From an uncultured delta proteobacterium (GTDB lineage: Bacteria; Desulfobacterota; Desulfomonilia; Desulfomonilales; Desulfomonilaceae), in NCBI GenBank assembly GCA_963789265.1, contig CAWBKB010000003.1:256001-320000 (forward strand): a stretch of DNA of 64,000 nucleotides. Direction: 5' to 3'. The notes below the pieces were generated by a model. It saw only the letters and a list, made by a program, of their open reading frames with translations, had not been told where the DNA came from and made no database searches. Below are positions 1 through 11,767 of this stretch, in pieces. Position 1 is the stretch's first letter. Each line of letters opens with the position of its first letter. The translations under genes and the position numbers were made by a program.

Positions 1-616
1 GGACATCTCGAACATTCGCCAGAGAATCTCTCAGCTTCGGCTTCTTGACGCGTACCAGTCTCTTTCGGGCCGTGGAAATGGCATGCGGTTGACAAATTGC
101 CTCCGGCCTCTGTCCGGTCAATATTTCGTGATAATTTACTAGAAATTCTTTGCCAAATTCTGACGCCACCCCTGCATCGCATGCCACGTGATGGATCACA
201 GGGGCTATAATATGATGGTCTTTCGCCAACCGGACCATGTGGAATTCCGCGACGGGCTCCGTGAACAGATCCCAGTCCCTGTCCAAATGCGGGGTCATGT
301 GGTCCAGAAAGCGGTCTAAGCTATTCGATGATCCGTTGGCCGGCTCGGCCTCCGAAATTCTCACGGGCAATTCCGAATCCGGCCGCCGGTCCCAGACAAG
401 ATGATGGCGCCCTCGCTCCCACACTTCTTTCACGCAGCTGACGAGTCTGGGGAACTTCCTCGTAGCCAGTCGTGCAGCCAATGTCATGGCTTCCTCATCA
501 AGGCGACCTTTTACCTCCAGCGCCGTGATAAGGATGTTCTTTGTGTTACCGCAACTGGACAATGCCATCATTTCGGAGATGGCGTCCAATTTGACTGGGG
601 CTTCCTCCATCCTCAT
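1..616 (-). CDS. Condensation-domain/CoA-dependent acyltransferase-like protein (partial, runs off window start)
   Basis: Manual translation from ATG at 616 (MRMEEAPVKLD...) stays open to base 1 and contains IIAPVIHHVACDAG (HHxxxD motif). Not in the ORF track because no stop lies in the window. Confidence 0.65.
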   Translation of the reverse strand, partial: MRMEEAPVKLDAISEMMALSSCGNTKNILITALEVKGRLDEEAMTLAARLATRKFPRLVSCVKEVWERGRHHLVWDRRPDSELPVRISEAEPANGSSNSLDRFLDHMTPHLDRDWDLFTEPVAEFHMVRLAKDHHIIAPVIHHVACDAGVASEFGKEFLVNYHEILTGQRPEAICQPHAISTARKRLVRVKKPKLRDSLANVRDV

Positions 617-641
617 ATACAACAAGCCTTTGCAATCCCGT

Positions 642-1117
642 CTACTCAAGACCAGTGCATTTTTCAGGACAACCGCACCGGTCCAGGGCTTTAAGAATCA
701 CGTTCATGGTAATCGGCGCGAGGGCGAAATTCTCGAGATCCTTTCGATCCACCCACGTTGCTTCCGTCGCATCCGACCCCGCGATTAGGTACCTCCTACC
801 ACTCGGCACGCGTAATCGGCGAGCACATAATGGTAAGAGATTCGCCCTTGTTCGTCAGTGAATATCCGCTCTACCAGTTCCACCAGGGCCCAAGGCTCCA
901 CACAGAGCGCCGTTTCTTCCCGAGCTTCACGTACCACTGCGTCCCTAAGGGTTTCCCCGAGCCGAACCAGTCCTCCCGGAATACTCCACTCACCAGCCGC
1001 TGGAGGCATTCCTCTTCGAATCAGCACAATGCGGCTCTGGTCGGTGATAAGAGCCCCAACGCCCACGAGGGGAGATGCCGGATATTCCCTGGGTATGTCG
1101 CGGTCTAGCAGACTCAA
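642..1117 (-). CDS. NUDIX hydrolase (frameshift at ~788)
   Basis: Nudix box GGLVRLGETLRDAVVREAREET. The C-terminus LIAGSDATEATWV continues in another frame to TAG at 642-644. Confidence 0.85.
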
Positions 1118-2187
1118 ACTTCCGAAAAGAAGTAATGTTTCAAGCAGTTCGTTCGCTCGACATAGTTCGCGGGGTCAAGAAGCCACGTTGCCGCGCTGAA
1201 TGAGCTCAGCAAGGAGTTTCCGTCTTGCGGGGTGAAACAGAAGCCTATGACCTCGTGCCCTTTTCGGACCTCCATGCAAGGTTCCACGACCACCGTTTGG
1301 TTCAGAATTCTTCCGAAGTATCCATGATCTCTGCCAAAAGAGAACACCTCGCAAGCCGACTGCTTTTTCGTAAGGCTGATTCGATCGTCGGCTTTGAAAC
1401 GGGCGATCACGTCTTCGCGGGTGACGGCTCTCTTGAGCTTAAGCTGGAAATATATGCAGTGCATGTACTGGGTATTCAATTTCAGAGCGGAAGACCAAAG
1501 AGTAAGATCGAGCCCCTTTGTACGGAAGAGATGATACGCGTCTCTGGCATGGTGAGTCCCGAAAACCGGGTCCCCGTGTTTGCCGACATCCGGCGAGGGA
1601 ACAAAGCCTTTGACCTGGCTGATGTCATTTGCCCGCCGAATGCACAGGAAGCGGGCTTCCTCCAAGTTGTCGTCCCCGTCGGTCAGTGCCACGGTATTGA
1701 TAAGTGCACACAGGTTGTGAGTGTTGCAGCTCACCACCTGGACAAAGCGGTCATTACCGACCTCAAGGGCATCGTCATTAATCCCACGGGCATACATCTT
1801 ACCGAATCCGAATTCGCTCCCCTGCGCAATGAACCCTTTTGTGTTCGCCAGGTATTTTTCATAGAATTCGTTCTTGTTGGATATGCCGACTCCGGAAGGT
1901 GTGCAGTCCACAACTACATCTGCCTTTTCCAGTGCCTCCTCGTGGGTCATGACGGGTTCCAGACCTAACGATTCAAAGTCACTTATTTTGTCCTCGTCAA
2001 CGACCAGTTTGGCTCCCCGGGCAATCAGCGCCTTCATCTTGGGCATGTCCTTTACCAGGGGGGAGCGTTTATGAAAAGTCACTTCAGAAAACCCGGCTTG
2101 ATCTTTGAAAGAACAGAGCAATCCGATAAGGGGCTCTCCGATGGTACCTGTCCCGACGACGTGGACCACGCCTTTGTCCTTACCCAT
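1114..2187 (-). CDS. Type II (archaeal-like) glyceraldehyde-3-phosphate dehydrogenase-like protein
   Basis: VVGTGTIG Rossmann motif, DVVVDCTPSG, VVSCNTH catalytic Cys, IRRAND motif. Confidence 0.7.
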   Translation of the reverse strand: MGKDKGVVHVVGTGTIGEPLIGLLCSFKDQAGFSEVTFHKRSPLVKDMPKMKALIARGAKLVVDEDKISDFESLGLEPVMTHEEALEKADVVVDCTPSGVGISNKNEFYEKYLANTKGFIAQGSEFGFGKMYARGINDDALEVGNDRFVQVVSCNTHNLCALINTVALTDGDDNLEEARFLCIRRANDISQVKGFVPSPDVGKHGDPVFGTHHARDAYHLFRTKGLDLTLWSSALKLNTQYMHCIYFQLKLKRAVTREDVIARFKADDRISLTKKQSACEVFSFGRDHGYFGRILNQTVVVEPCMEVRKGHEVIGFCFTPQDGNSLLSSFSAATWLLDPANYVERTNCLKHYFFSEV

Positions 2188-2421
2188 TCCTCTCTTCTCC
2201 TTTCCGGAAAGAATACGTGTTGCGGTTATGCAATTAGATTAACAGTTTTTTCTCTGTGGCGCAACCAAGCCGCGTCTCTGCCGGCCCACGCCTCACCATC
2301 TCAAATTTAAGCTCCAAAGCTATGTTTGGAAATTGCCGGGCGACGACCGGCATGTTTATGTATAGAAATGCGACTAATTGCCCGGTGGTTCCGTAATGTG
2401 TTCGACTAAACGGCGACCGGC

Positions 2422-4390
2422 TCAGGAAAACGGAAGAAAATCCTGCAGCCAGGACTTGCGCCGCGGCTCGGCCTCTTTTTCAACTTCCTTCGTCGTCTGT
2501 GATTCTTCTGATTCAACCTCCTGAGCCGGGATCGACTCGGGCTCCGTAGGAGCGGTCTGCTCCTGAGTAATTTCCGGCGCCTGAGGCTCAGCCGATTGCT
2601 CTGGTTTTATCTGCTCCTGCGTTTCTCTTACTTCTTCCATCACTTCGAGTACGCTCACGGCCGACACGGTCTCGATCTTTTCCGCCTCCTCAGCGAAAGC
2701 TTCTTTCGGAGAAGGCGCTTCCTCTGTCTCCGGGGCAATGAACTGCTCTTCCCCGCCCGAGGGAGCCCTTTTCCTGGGGCGGCGGCGGCGTCGGCCCGGC
2801 TTTCGGGCTTTCTGCATTTCCAGCTCCGCAGGCGCTTCTTCCTCCCCGGCCTCAACCGCTTCCGGGGCCGCAGGCGCGGCAGACAGTGCCTCTAAGGCCG
2901 GCAGTTCAGGAATTTCTTCTTTGACCCCCTCCACAGAAATGTCCTTGTCGGGAAGAGTTTGTCTTACCAGGATTACAACTCTGGAGCCTGGACCGATGCT
3001 CCATCTCCACAAGCTGACCCCGCATGTTGTTCAACAAGTATTCCGCCACTTTTGCGGGCACCGTAGCTCTCACTTCCGAAACTTCGCTCTTTATCAGCAA
3101 GGATTTGATTCTCCTGTACACTGAAACCGCAGACGTTTCGGGAGAGCGGATTTTACCGTGGCCCTCACAAAGGGGGCATTCCTCATATTCACCTGTGCCA
3201 AGGGACGATTTGAGCCGCTGTCGCGTAAGTTCCAGTAATCCCAGAGCGGAGATGCGGAGCATTTTAGTCTTGGCTCTGTCACCTTTAAGCACCGCTTTCA
3301 TCGCCTTTTCGACTTCTTGCTTGTGTTTTTTCAGGGACATGTCGATAAAGTCAACGACGATGATTCCGCCCAGGTCCCGCAATCGCAATTGTCGAGCGAC
3401 TTCAGGCACGGCCTCCATATTTACCCGGAAGGCCGTTTCTTCAATTCCCTTTTCTTTTGTGGCGCTTCCTGAATTGACATCCACGGTGACCAGCGCTTCA
3501 GTGGGCTCTATTACGATATGCCCACCGGATTTGAGCCTGATCTTCTTACGGTAGACCTGTTCCAACTGTTCTTCGAGCTGGTACTTGTTGAAGAGGGGAC
3601 GCTTTTCCTGATACAATTTTACGAGATTCTTGTACCTGGGCATGACCTCGTGGAAAAAATCCCGGACTTTTATGCTGACCTCTCTATCATCCACTAATAT
3701 CTCATTGATATCGGCCGAGAAATGCTCCCGTATTGCACGGATGACAATATCATGCTCTCTGTAGAGGAGGGCCGGCGCCTGCTCGTCCTTCACACTCTTT
3801 TCAATGGATTGCCACAATTTTAGAAGGTAATCCAGATCGCGCGAGAGTTCCCCTTTTGTTCGGCCCATCCCCGCCGTTCGAATAATAAACCCCATGTTTT
3901 CTGGGAGCTTGAACTGGGTGCCAATCTCCTTTAGCTTCTGGCGCTCCTTTTCGTCCTCAATCTTGCGGGAAACTCCGTAAAGATCCGTTCCCGGCATCAG
4001 CACCAGGTAGCGGCCGGCCAAGGAAATGTTGGTCGTCAGGCTGGCACCCTTGGATTCACGCTCTTCTTTGTTTACTTGGACGAGCACCCGATCGTCCTTC
4101 TTGAAAACGTCTTGAATTCGTGGGCGTCGTCGACTACCCTCGAAAGATTCGGGAAAATACGAGGGGTGTACGTCGTTAATAGACAAAAAACCGTTTCTGG
4201 TACCGCCGTAATCGACGAATACCGCTTGAAGGGACGGCTCGATTCTGCTTACGACTGCCTTGTAGATGTTGCCCAGCGTCGCCTCTCTCGCTTTAACCTG
4301 GACATCAAGTTCCTCCAGCACCCCGTCCCAAACTACTGCTACCCTGCATTCCTCGGGATGGCTGGCGTTTATGAGCATTTTTTTTACCAT
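2422..4390 (-). CDS. rne: Ribonuclease E/G family (frameshift at ~3000, acidic C-terminal tail)
   Basis: S1 domain (GNIYKAVVSRIEPSLQAVFVDYG), DVNSG, RQLRLRDLGGIIVVDFIDM and CPLC zinc-link. The Glu-rich tail is in ORF 2422..3012. Confidence 0.9.
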
Positions 4391-4481
4391 GTTGCTATTC
4401 TGTTCCTTGTTGAGCTTCTTGTAACTAATCTTTGTTCACTGCTTACCGTCACCACGGGCCCTCCTCTTCGTGGAAGCTTCG

Positions 4482-5060
4482 TCAATCTATAAGACTTTTA
4501 ATCTCTTTCCACAATTCATTTTTGCCCAGGCCGGTGTGAGCTGAAAAAGCAATCACAGGGGCATGATCGTTAAATTGAGCCTTGATAGCCCGTTGCTGGA
4601 GCGACAGAGCGCCGCGGGCAAGTTTATCCGCTTTGGTTGCTGCGATGATCACGGGGATGTTCCGTGAGTGCAGGTAAGTAATCAGACGAACATCGGCATC
4701 CGTGGAAAGCCGTCTCACGTCGACAATGACCACTACTCCGGCTAATTCTTTTCTTTCTTCGAGATAGTGTTCCACCATTGGGGCCCATTGTCTTTGCACT
4801 TCCAGCGGAACGCGCGCAAACCCGTACCCGGGAAAATCCACGAAAATAAAGCTGTCATTGATCAGAAAGAAGTTGAGTTTTCGTGTATGGCCCGGAGTCT
4901 TAGATATCCGCACAAGGGTATGCCGCCCTAGCAGGGTATTGATCGTGGACGATTTGCCCACGTTGGAACGCCCTGCAAAAGCGATCTCCTTTAATCCCCC
5001 TGTGGGGTAACCCTTTTTGTCCTGCGCGGCTAGCAGGAAATTCGCTTCGAAGATTTTCAT
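4482..5060 (-). CDS. engB: GTP-binding protein YihA/EngB
   Basis: GRSNVGKSS, SKTPGHT, DFPGYG, TKADK motifs. Confidence 0.95.
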   Translation of the reverse strand: MKIFEANFLLAAQDKKGYPTGGLKEIAFAGRSNVGKSSTINTLLGRHTLVRISKTPGHTRKLNFFLINDSFIFVDFPGYGFARVPLEVQRQWAPMVEHYLEERKELAGVVVIVDVRRLSTDADVRLITYLHSRNIPVIIAATKADKLARGALSLQQRAIKAQFNDHAPVIAFSAHTGLGKNELWKEIKSLID

Positions 5061-5384
5061 TTCATGTTGCCGATTCACGCGGCCTTCCAAGCATGTATGT
5101 GCGCGTGAATAATCTCATTCTTGTTCCGCAGCCGAACTCGCAACCTCTTTGTACCAAATTCATACCCTGGCAGGATATTGTTTCGTGATCGCGGATGCTC
5201 TGAGCCATGCAAGCCGAAAGGCGGCATTTCGTATTCTGTTCGGAATATCTTGGACCCGAAAAAGAAGCTTCAATAATATAGACAAAGGGGAACTGCCACA
5301 GTTGCAATACAGAATCTCGGCCGGGTCAACGATCACTCGCTTTGCCGTTCGTATGTTCAGAATCGAGGCCATCACGATGAACAT

Positions 5385-5482
5385 TGGCGGAGGTGCATGG
5401 GAATCGAACCCACCCAGGACGGTACTAGCGCCCTGCTTACGGTTTTGAAGACCGCGGAGCCCACCAGGACTCTACCACCTCC
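5385..5482 (-). tRNA. selC: tRNA-Sec (anticodon UCA)
   Basis: Reverse complement GGAGGTGG...GCGGTCTTCAAAACCGT...GGTTCGATTCC...CACCTCCGCCA: TCA anticodon, long variable arm, extended acceptor stem, encoded CCA, 98 nt. Confidence 0.95.
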
Positions 5483-5690
5483 CTGCTGCACTGTTTCTGG
5501 CGCGGTGTTCAAGGGTATAATATACTTTTCTCGGTAATCATGGAAGCGGATGTTGCATACATATCAAAATTGATGGACTTCATAGCAAGAATATGTGCCT
5601 AGAATCGTGCCACGATGGCAGCCGGCGCGGGACTGGGAACGAGAAAGAGCTGAACACAAGGCACTTTTCCCAGATTGCCTTTCCACTTCA

Positions 5691-5812
5691 GTAAGCATGC
5701 AGTCTTGTGGGGCAGGCTTTCCAGCCTGCCGGGGAAACCCCTGTTCAATGGCGGGCTAGAAAGCCCACCCCACGAAGCCATCCGCAAATTCCGGCTGTTA
5801 CTGAATGGTTAC
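5691..5812. mobile_element. MITE family A copy 1 (12-bp TIR, REP-doublet cargo)
   Basis: Ends GTAAGCATGCAG/CTGAATGGTTAC, flanks CCACTTCA/CCATTTTA. The interior is closely similar (inverted) to 29791-29923 and to the 42710-44938 backbone. Confidence 0.85.
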
Positions 5813-5831
5813 CCATTTTAACGCTTTTCTG

Positions 5832-5861
5832 TTGACTTTCACGTTCAACGACTGCTAGGTT
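5832..5861 (+). promoter_or_regulatory. Putative sigma70 promoter of the cob operon
   Basis: TTGACT-N18-TAGGTT with extended -10 TG, just upstream of the riboswitch. Confidence 0.55.
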
Positions 5862-5884
5862 GATGTCTGAATAGTTGGAACGCT

Positions 5885-6042
5885 TTGAAGAGGATAGGTA
5901 ATCCCTTTGGGGACTTAAGGGAAAACGGTGCAAAACCGTTGCGGACCCGCCGCTGTGACCGGGGACGAAAGCCGTATAGCCACTGTCAGTATTGATGGGA
6001 AGGGCGGCAAGTAGGACGAACCGGAAGCCAGAAGACCTGCCT
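5885..6042 (+). ncRNA. Cobalamin (AdoCbl) riboswitch
   Basis: AGGGAA..CGGTG.AAA.CCG, GCCGCTGTGA, GCCACTG, GGGAAGG and B12 box AAGCCAGAAGACCTGCC, upstream of cob genes. Confidence 0.93.
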
Positions 6043-6107
6043 GTCTATAGACAAGGGTGTCACGCTCTTCGTGGATCGGGAGCTTGGCAACTGGGATGAA
6101 AAACGGC

Positions 6108-6143
6108 ATCCCCGGGTAATTCTTTGCCCGGGGATTTCTTTTT
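6108..6143 (+). terminator. Intrinsic terminator/attenuator of the riboswitch leader
   Basis: ATCCCCGGGTAA-TTCT-TTGCCCGGGGAT hairpin followed by TTCTTTTT. Confidence 0.8.
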
Positions 6144-6264
6144 GCCCTTGCTGGATCGTTTCTTCTCCCCGGCCACTAAGTTCTGCCAGGCCCCGTCGAT
6201 TTTGATCCCTTGTTTCGGTCATGGTTTCCTTCTTTGACTGCAGCCTGAATCAGGCCGATCTTTC

Positions 6265-6832
6265 ATGGGCAAGAGATTTGTGGCTCGAGTAATCCTTATA
6301 ACGGGCGGCACACGAAGCGGAAAGAGCGAATATGCGACAAAGCGCGGAGAGACTCTGCCCGGCGCACGGGCCTTCGTGGCAACATGTCTTCCCATCGATG
6401 AGGAGATGACCCGGCGGATCAAGAGGCATCAACAGGAGAGACTAAACGCCGATTGGCACACAATAGAAGAGCCCCTGGATCTTGCCGACACGTTGCGAAA
6501 AACGCGGGGTTTCGATGTGTCTTCTCGTGGATTGCCTCACCCTCTGGATAAGCAACCTTATGTATCGAGCCTATCAACAGGAGGGATCCTTGTCCGAGGA
6601 AGACATGGCCGCCACAGCGAACGAACTGCTTCAAGCCTGTTCAACTATTCCGGGCACCGTAATATTTGTCACCAATGAGGTGGGATCGGGAATTGTGCCT
6701 GAAAATGATGTGTCCCGGCACTATCGCGATTTGGTAGGACGGTGCAACCAAATCATGGCCTCGGGCGCAGATGAAGTTACCTTGGTAGCCTGTGGGCTGC
6801 CGTTAATTCTTAAGAGAGGAAAACACGAATGA
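6265..6832 (+). CDS. cobU: Adenosylcobinamide kinase/cobinamide-phosphate guanylyltransferase (frameshift at ~6520)
   Basis: GGTRSGKS, RIKRHQ, LVDCLTLW, VTNEVGSG and YRDLVG motifs split across two frames. Confidence 0.93.
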
Positions 6833-7893
6833 GGCTGCTTGAAAAAACCACTAAACAGATTGTGCCACAGGAAAAAGCTGCGAGAGACAAAGCTCGGGAA
6901 CGGCTCGACCAGCTCACCATGCCGCATTGGGCCCTGGGTAGGCTGATGGATCTTGCAATTGACCTGGCGGGTATAACTCGATCCATAGCTCCACCGGTGA
7001 GCAAGCGAGTGATTGTCACAATGGCGGGGGATCACGGTGTGGTCGCAGAGGGTGTAAGCAAGTACCCTCAGGAAGTCACAGTCCAGATGGTTTATAACTT
7101 TCTGCGAGGTGGGGCTGGAATCAACGCCATGGCGCGAGTGGCCGATGCGAAAGTGGTAGTGGTGGACATGGGCGTGGCAGGGGAAATCGCCGAGGCGCCA
7201 CGAGACGGCAGCTTCTTTTCCAAGCGCATTGGAGCCGGTACCAGTAACATCGGTGCAGGGCCGGCAATGAGCCCCGAAGATGCGATACGTTCCATTGAGG
7301 CGGGGATTGAATTGGCCCTGCAACTAGGAACTTCTTTTGACATTTTCGGCACGGGCGATATGGGAATCGGCAATACAACGCCCAGCAGTGCCATTGTTGC
7401 GGCCGTCACCGGCGCTTCCCCAGCCAATGTCACCGGTCGCGGAACCGGAATCGACGACGACCAATTCAGGCATAAGATTTCAGTGATAGAGAAGATCCTG
7501 AAAGTCAACAGCCCCGACCCTAAAGATCCTTTAAATCTATTGGCCAAGGTGGGCGGCTTCGAGATCGGCGGGATTGCGGGTTTGATTCTGGGGGCCGCGT
7601 CTATTCAAAAGCCGATATTGATAGATGGTTTTATCTCTTCGGCCGGGGCCTTGATAGCTTTTGGCCTGGCTCCTGATGCAGCGGATTACATGATTGCCGC
7701 CCATCGGAGCATGGAACAGGGGCACAGAATCGCCCTGGATCACATGAACAAAAAGCCGCTGCTGGACCTGGACCTGAGATTGGGTGAGGGTACCGGAGCG
7801 GCGTTGGCGATGACCCTGGTGGAAGCCGCAGCTCGGCTACTTACCGAGGTCGCGACATTCGCCGAGGCATCTGTATCTGAAGCGGACAAATGA
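6829..7893 (+). CDS. cobT: Nicotinate-nucleotide-dimethylbenzimidazole phosphoribosyltransferase
   Basis: AGDHGV, GDMGIGNTT, GGFEIG, LRLGEGTGA motifs. Confidence 0.95.
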   Translation: MRLLEKTTKQIVPQEKAARDKARERLDQLTMPHWALGRLMDLAIDLAGITRSIAPPVSKRVIVTMAGDHGVVAEGVSKYPQEVTVQMVYNFLRGGAGINAMARVADAKVVVVDMGVAGEIAEAPRDGSFFSKRIGAGTSNIGAGPAMSPEDAIRSIEAGIELALQLGTSFDIFGTGDMGIGNTTPSSAIVAAVTGASPANVTGRGTGIDDDQFRHKISVIEKILKVNSPDPKDPLNLLAKVGGFEIGGIAGLILGAASIQKPILIDGFISSAGALIAFGLAPDAADYMIAAHRSMEQGHRIALDHMNKKPLLDLDLRLGEGTGAALAMTLVEAAARLLTEVATFAEASVSEADK

Positions 7894-7992
7894 GTCGATT
7901 TGCAGTCAAGAGGCGTGCTTACAAGCCGCCTGATTGGCCAAGTGCCGCGTTTCACAAGTGCGATGCCACTTGCTCGGTAGCGCCGGCGTCCC

Positions 7993-8163
7993 GAAACTGT
8001 CTCAAAATCGAGGTATGAGTGAGATTCGTGGCACGATGCCCCTTTTTCCAGGCAATCTCGCGTTCTGCGCGGGACCGGGGGCTACCGTCCCTCGTCCCTC
8101 CGGGAGGCTTGCCTTTGAGCCCCATCGGGGCGACAGAAAGTAGACCGGTGCTTCAGCGCCGGG
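7993..8163. mobile_element. MITE family E, truncated copy
   Basis: Begins with TIR GAAACTGTCTCAAAA and aligns with the reverse complement of 44699-44906, but lacks the second TIR. Confidence 0.75.
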
Positions 8164-8208
8164 TTGTCTGAGGCCCTGAGCGGCCCTCCTGATCGCGAGA
8201 GTAATCTC

Positions 8209-10780
8209 ATGGACATTGGACACGGCGGCAATCTGACTTATCTGGCAAGCGTTTCGGGCCTTGAAGCGGAGCGTATTCTTGATTTCTCCGCCAATATCAA
8301 TCCCCTGGGGCCGCCGGAATGGATGCGTTTCTGTCGTGAGCGCCGCGCTGGATTCCGTTGTTCATTACCCTGACCCTGCTTGTACTAAACTGGTGGCTGC
8401 TGTTGCGGGTCGTTACCGCGTGGAACCCGGCAACGTTATAGTGGGAAACGGTTCCACGGAGATCCTTCATCTCATTCCGAGAGTTCTGGGTTTGAGCCGA
8501 GCGGTCATTCCGACTCCCTGCTATTCGGATTATCTCTCAAGCGCTGTTCATGCCGGCATGCAAATCCAAACCGTTCGCCTGGAGGATGGCCAAGATTTCG
8601 CCCTGGATTTTCAGCAGCTTGAAGCCAATCTTCTAGGCAATGACCTGGTCTTCTTGTGCACGCCCAATAACCCCACCGGGGTACTGCTTGACGCCAAGGC
8701 CCTCAGAAGCGTCGCTTCGGACAACCCTTCCACGCTCTTTTTGGTGGACGAGGCTTTCGGCGACTTTGTGGAGGGCATGGACAGCCTGTCAGTTGACCGC
8801 CCCGAAAATGTGATTGTCCTCCTTTCATTGACCAAAATTTACGCAATTCCCGGTCTGCGCCTCGGCTGCGCTCTTGCCGACGCCTCCATCGTGCAGCGGG
8901 TGCTCGAATTGCAGCCCCCTTGGTCGGTCAATACCATTGCTCAGGCCGTGGGAGAGGCCGCGCTTCTAGACACCGATTACATTGAACGGAGCCGTAGGTT
9001 CGTGCAGGAAGAGAGGATAAGCCTTGAGGCAGAGCTGAAATCCATCCCGGGGCTGACGGTCTATCCAGGGACCGCCAACTTTTTATTGGTCAGGATCGAT
9101 CGCAAGGGATGGGATGCGAAGCTTCTGGCTCGGCGGCTTCTCCAAGATGGCATAGCCATCCGGGTTTGCGACAATTTCCACGGTTTGGACAAAAGCTTCT
9201 TCAGGATAGCAGTCCGGACATCTGCGCAAAACGGTCGCTTGTGCGATTCTCTCAGAAAAGCATTCGGTTGTCCGCGCAAAATTACGCGAAAGCGCAAAAC
9301 ACCTGCGCTTATGTTGCAAGGGACCAGCTCGAACGCGGGAAAAAGTGTGCTGACTGCGGCTTTCGGACGAATCCTCCTCCAGGACGGATATACAGTTGCC
9401 GCGTTCAAATCCCAGAATATGTCTCTGAACTCTTTCGTAACGAGGGCGGGTGGAGAAATGGGGCGGGCCCAGGTCGTGCAGGCTCAGGCTTGCAAGCTGG
9501 ATCCTGATGTGAGAATGAACCCCGTCCTGTTAAAACCGAACAGCGATACCGGCAGCCAAGTGATCGTTCTGGGCAAGCCTGTGGGAAACATGGATGTTAT
9601 GGAATACGTCCGGTACAAACCTCAGGCATTCGAGGCTGCTAAACAGGCTTATGACTCGCTGGCCGCGGAGAACGACGTGATGGTTCTTGAAGGAGCGGGA
9701 AGTCCCGCGGAGGTAAACCTTAAGAGCCATGACATTGTGAATATGGAAATGGCCCGACACGCGGAAGCCCCGGTCCTGATCGTGGGCGACATTGACCGGG
9801 GAGGTGTTTTTGCATCGTTCATCGGGACTATGGAAGTTCTCGCCGAGTGGGAAAGAGCACTGGTGTGCGGTTTTGTGGTGAATCGTTTCCGCGGTAATGA
9901 AGGGCTACTCCGAGATGCTATCGAATATACCCGTCGCCATACAACTCGGCCTGTGCTTGGCATAGTGCCGTACTTCCGAGATTTGGGTTTGCCGGAAGAG
10001 GATTCTGTGAGCTTCAAATGCGGAGAATTCGATGATTTTAGCCTGGACGAAGATTGTGTCGAAATAGCCGTCGTCGATTTGCCGCACATCTCGAATTTCA
10101 CGGATTTCGACGCGTTTCGTGTTGAGCCCGACGTACGATTGAAGGTGGTCAGGACCGTCTCTGACCTGAATCGACCCGACGCTGTCATTCTGCCCGGAAG
10201 CAAGAACGTCATAGGTGATTTGGAGTACTTGAGACAAAATGGCCTGGACGACAAGATAAGAGAATTGACTGTGAACTGCGGCACGGAGTTGGTGGGAATT
10301 TGCGGTGGATTTCAGATGATCGGCACGGATATCGCCGATCCCCACGGGCTGGAATCAGATCGCAAGACCCTGCCCGGCCTGGGTTTTCTGAATGTAACCA
10401 CTGTCCTGGCTTTGGAGAAGACTCTGACTCGTGCCACCGCGACCCATCTGGAATCGGGCTTTACGGTCCGAGGTTATGAAATCCATCACGGTCAAAGCCG
10501 ATCGTCTGACACTGAGCCTCTGCTCAAGCAAGATGCCGGCACGTTTGATGGAGCACGATCTCCGAATGGGCGGTTTTGGGGGACCTACCTTCATGGGATC
10601 TTTGACTCGGATGAATTCCGACGGTGGTTCATCGACCGGCTCCGTATACGCCGAGGTCTTGCCCCCAAGGGAAAAGTTTGCGCTCGGTACGACATCGAGC
10701 CTGCTCTCGACAAACTGGCTGAGTCGGTCCGCCGCTGTGTGCGAATCGACGAAATCTATCGGCTCATGGGTCTATCATGA
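8209..10780 (+). CDS. cobQ: Fused threonine-phosphate decarboxylase CobD and cobyric acid synthase CobQ (frameshift at ~8330)
   Basis: N-terminal [14 protein letters not shown] and [14 protein letters not shown] (CobD). C-terminal [26 protein letters not shown] and GTYLHG (CobQ). Confidence 0.92.
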
Positions 10781-11724
10781 GGATTGAGTACCAGATTCTT
10801 CTGGCTGTTACGTTAGATCTCATTGTCGGAGATCCTAGATGGATGCCGCACCCTGTGAAGCTGATTGGCCGGTTGGCCACGTTCGCGGAGACGCTGCTCC
10901 GGAGAATGATCAAGAATCTCCGCATAGCCGGAATTGCCACGGTCTTCCTGGTGGTGGGCACTACGATTCTCGCCACGTATGGCCTTATTTGCGGTGCCCG
11001 ATACGTGGACCCTTATGCGGGCGATTTGGTATCCATCCTCTTGCTTTGGACCGGCATCGCTGCAAAGGACATGGTCAGGCACAGTTCGGATGTTGTTGAT
11101 GCTCTGAATTCAGGCTCACTTACCGATGCGAGGCAACGGGTTGCGATGATTTGCGGCCGCGACACTGACAAATTGGATGAGTCGGATGTAGCTCGCGCAA
11201 CAGTGGAGAGTGTGGCGGAAAACATGGTAGATGGGATTGTTGCCCCGCTCTTCTATGCAGCGATCGGCGGGGCCGTCGGCATAATGGCTTATAAGGCGGT
11301 CAACACCCTCGACTCGACTTTCGGTTACAAGAATCAGAAATATCTGGAATTTGGATGGGCTTCGGCGAGGCTTGACGACATCGCAAACTTCATTCCTGCG
11401 CGGCTGACAGCCCTGTTGGTACTGCCGGCCGCGTTTTTATTACTTCAAAACCCCACCCGTTCGTTTAAAGTGTTTCTGCGTGATCGTTTAAAGCACCCGA
11501 GCCCCAACGCGGGACAGGCGGAAGCGGCAGTGGCCGGAGCACTCGGCATTCAGCTAGGGGGCTTGAGTTACTATTCCGGAATTCCTTCTAATAAGCCGCC
11601 ACTGGGAGATCCGTTGGCACCGGTGGGGCCGGAGCACGTTGCGCGAGCAAATGCTCTGCTACTCATGACCTCTGGACTGGCCCTGGCGTTTTTGTTGACT
11701 GCCAGGCTTTTGATCGTCGGCTAG
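10777..11724 (+). CDS. cbiB: Adenosylcobinamide-phosphate synthase
   Basis: GDP..PHPV, ESVAEN, NTLDS, HPSPNAG motifs. Confidence 0.93.
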   Translation: MRIEYQILLAVTLDLIVGDPRWMPHPVKLIGRLATFAETLLRRMIKNLRIAGIATVFLVVGTTILATYGLICGARYVDPYAGDLVSILLLWTGIAAKDMVRHSSDVVDALNSGSLTDARQRVAMICGRDTDKLDESDVARATVESVAENMVDGIVAPLFYAAIGGAVGIMAYKAVNTLDSTFGYKNQKYLEFGWASARLDDIANFIPARLTALLVLPAAFLLLQNPTRSFKVFLRDRLKHPSPNAGQAEAAVAGALGIQLGGLSYYSGIPSNKPPLGDPLAPVGPEHVARANALLLMTSGLALAFLLTARLLIVG

Positions 11725-11767
11725 GATTGGACTTCTTGAAAGCGCTCTTCGCGAGATTTTGTTGGAG

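Noticed and set aside
5090..5385. Integrative element at tRNA-Sec
   Set aside because: No integrase and no duplicated tRNA 3' end were seen in the window.
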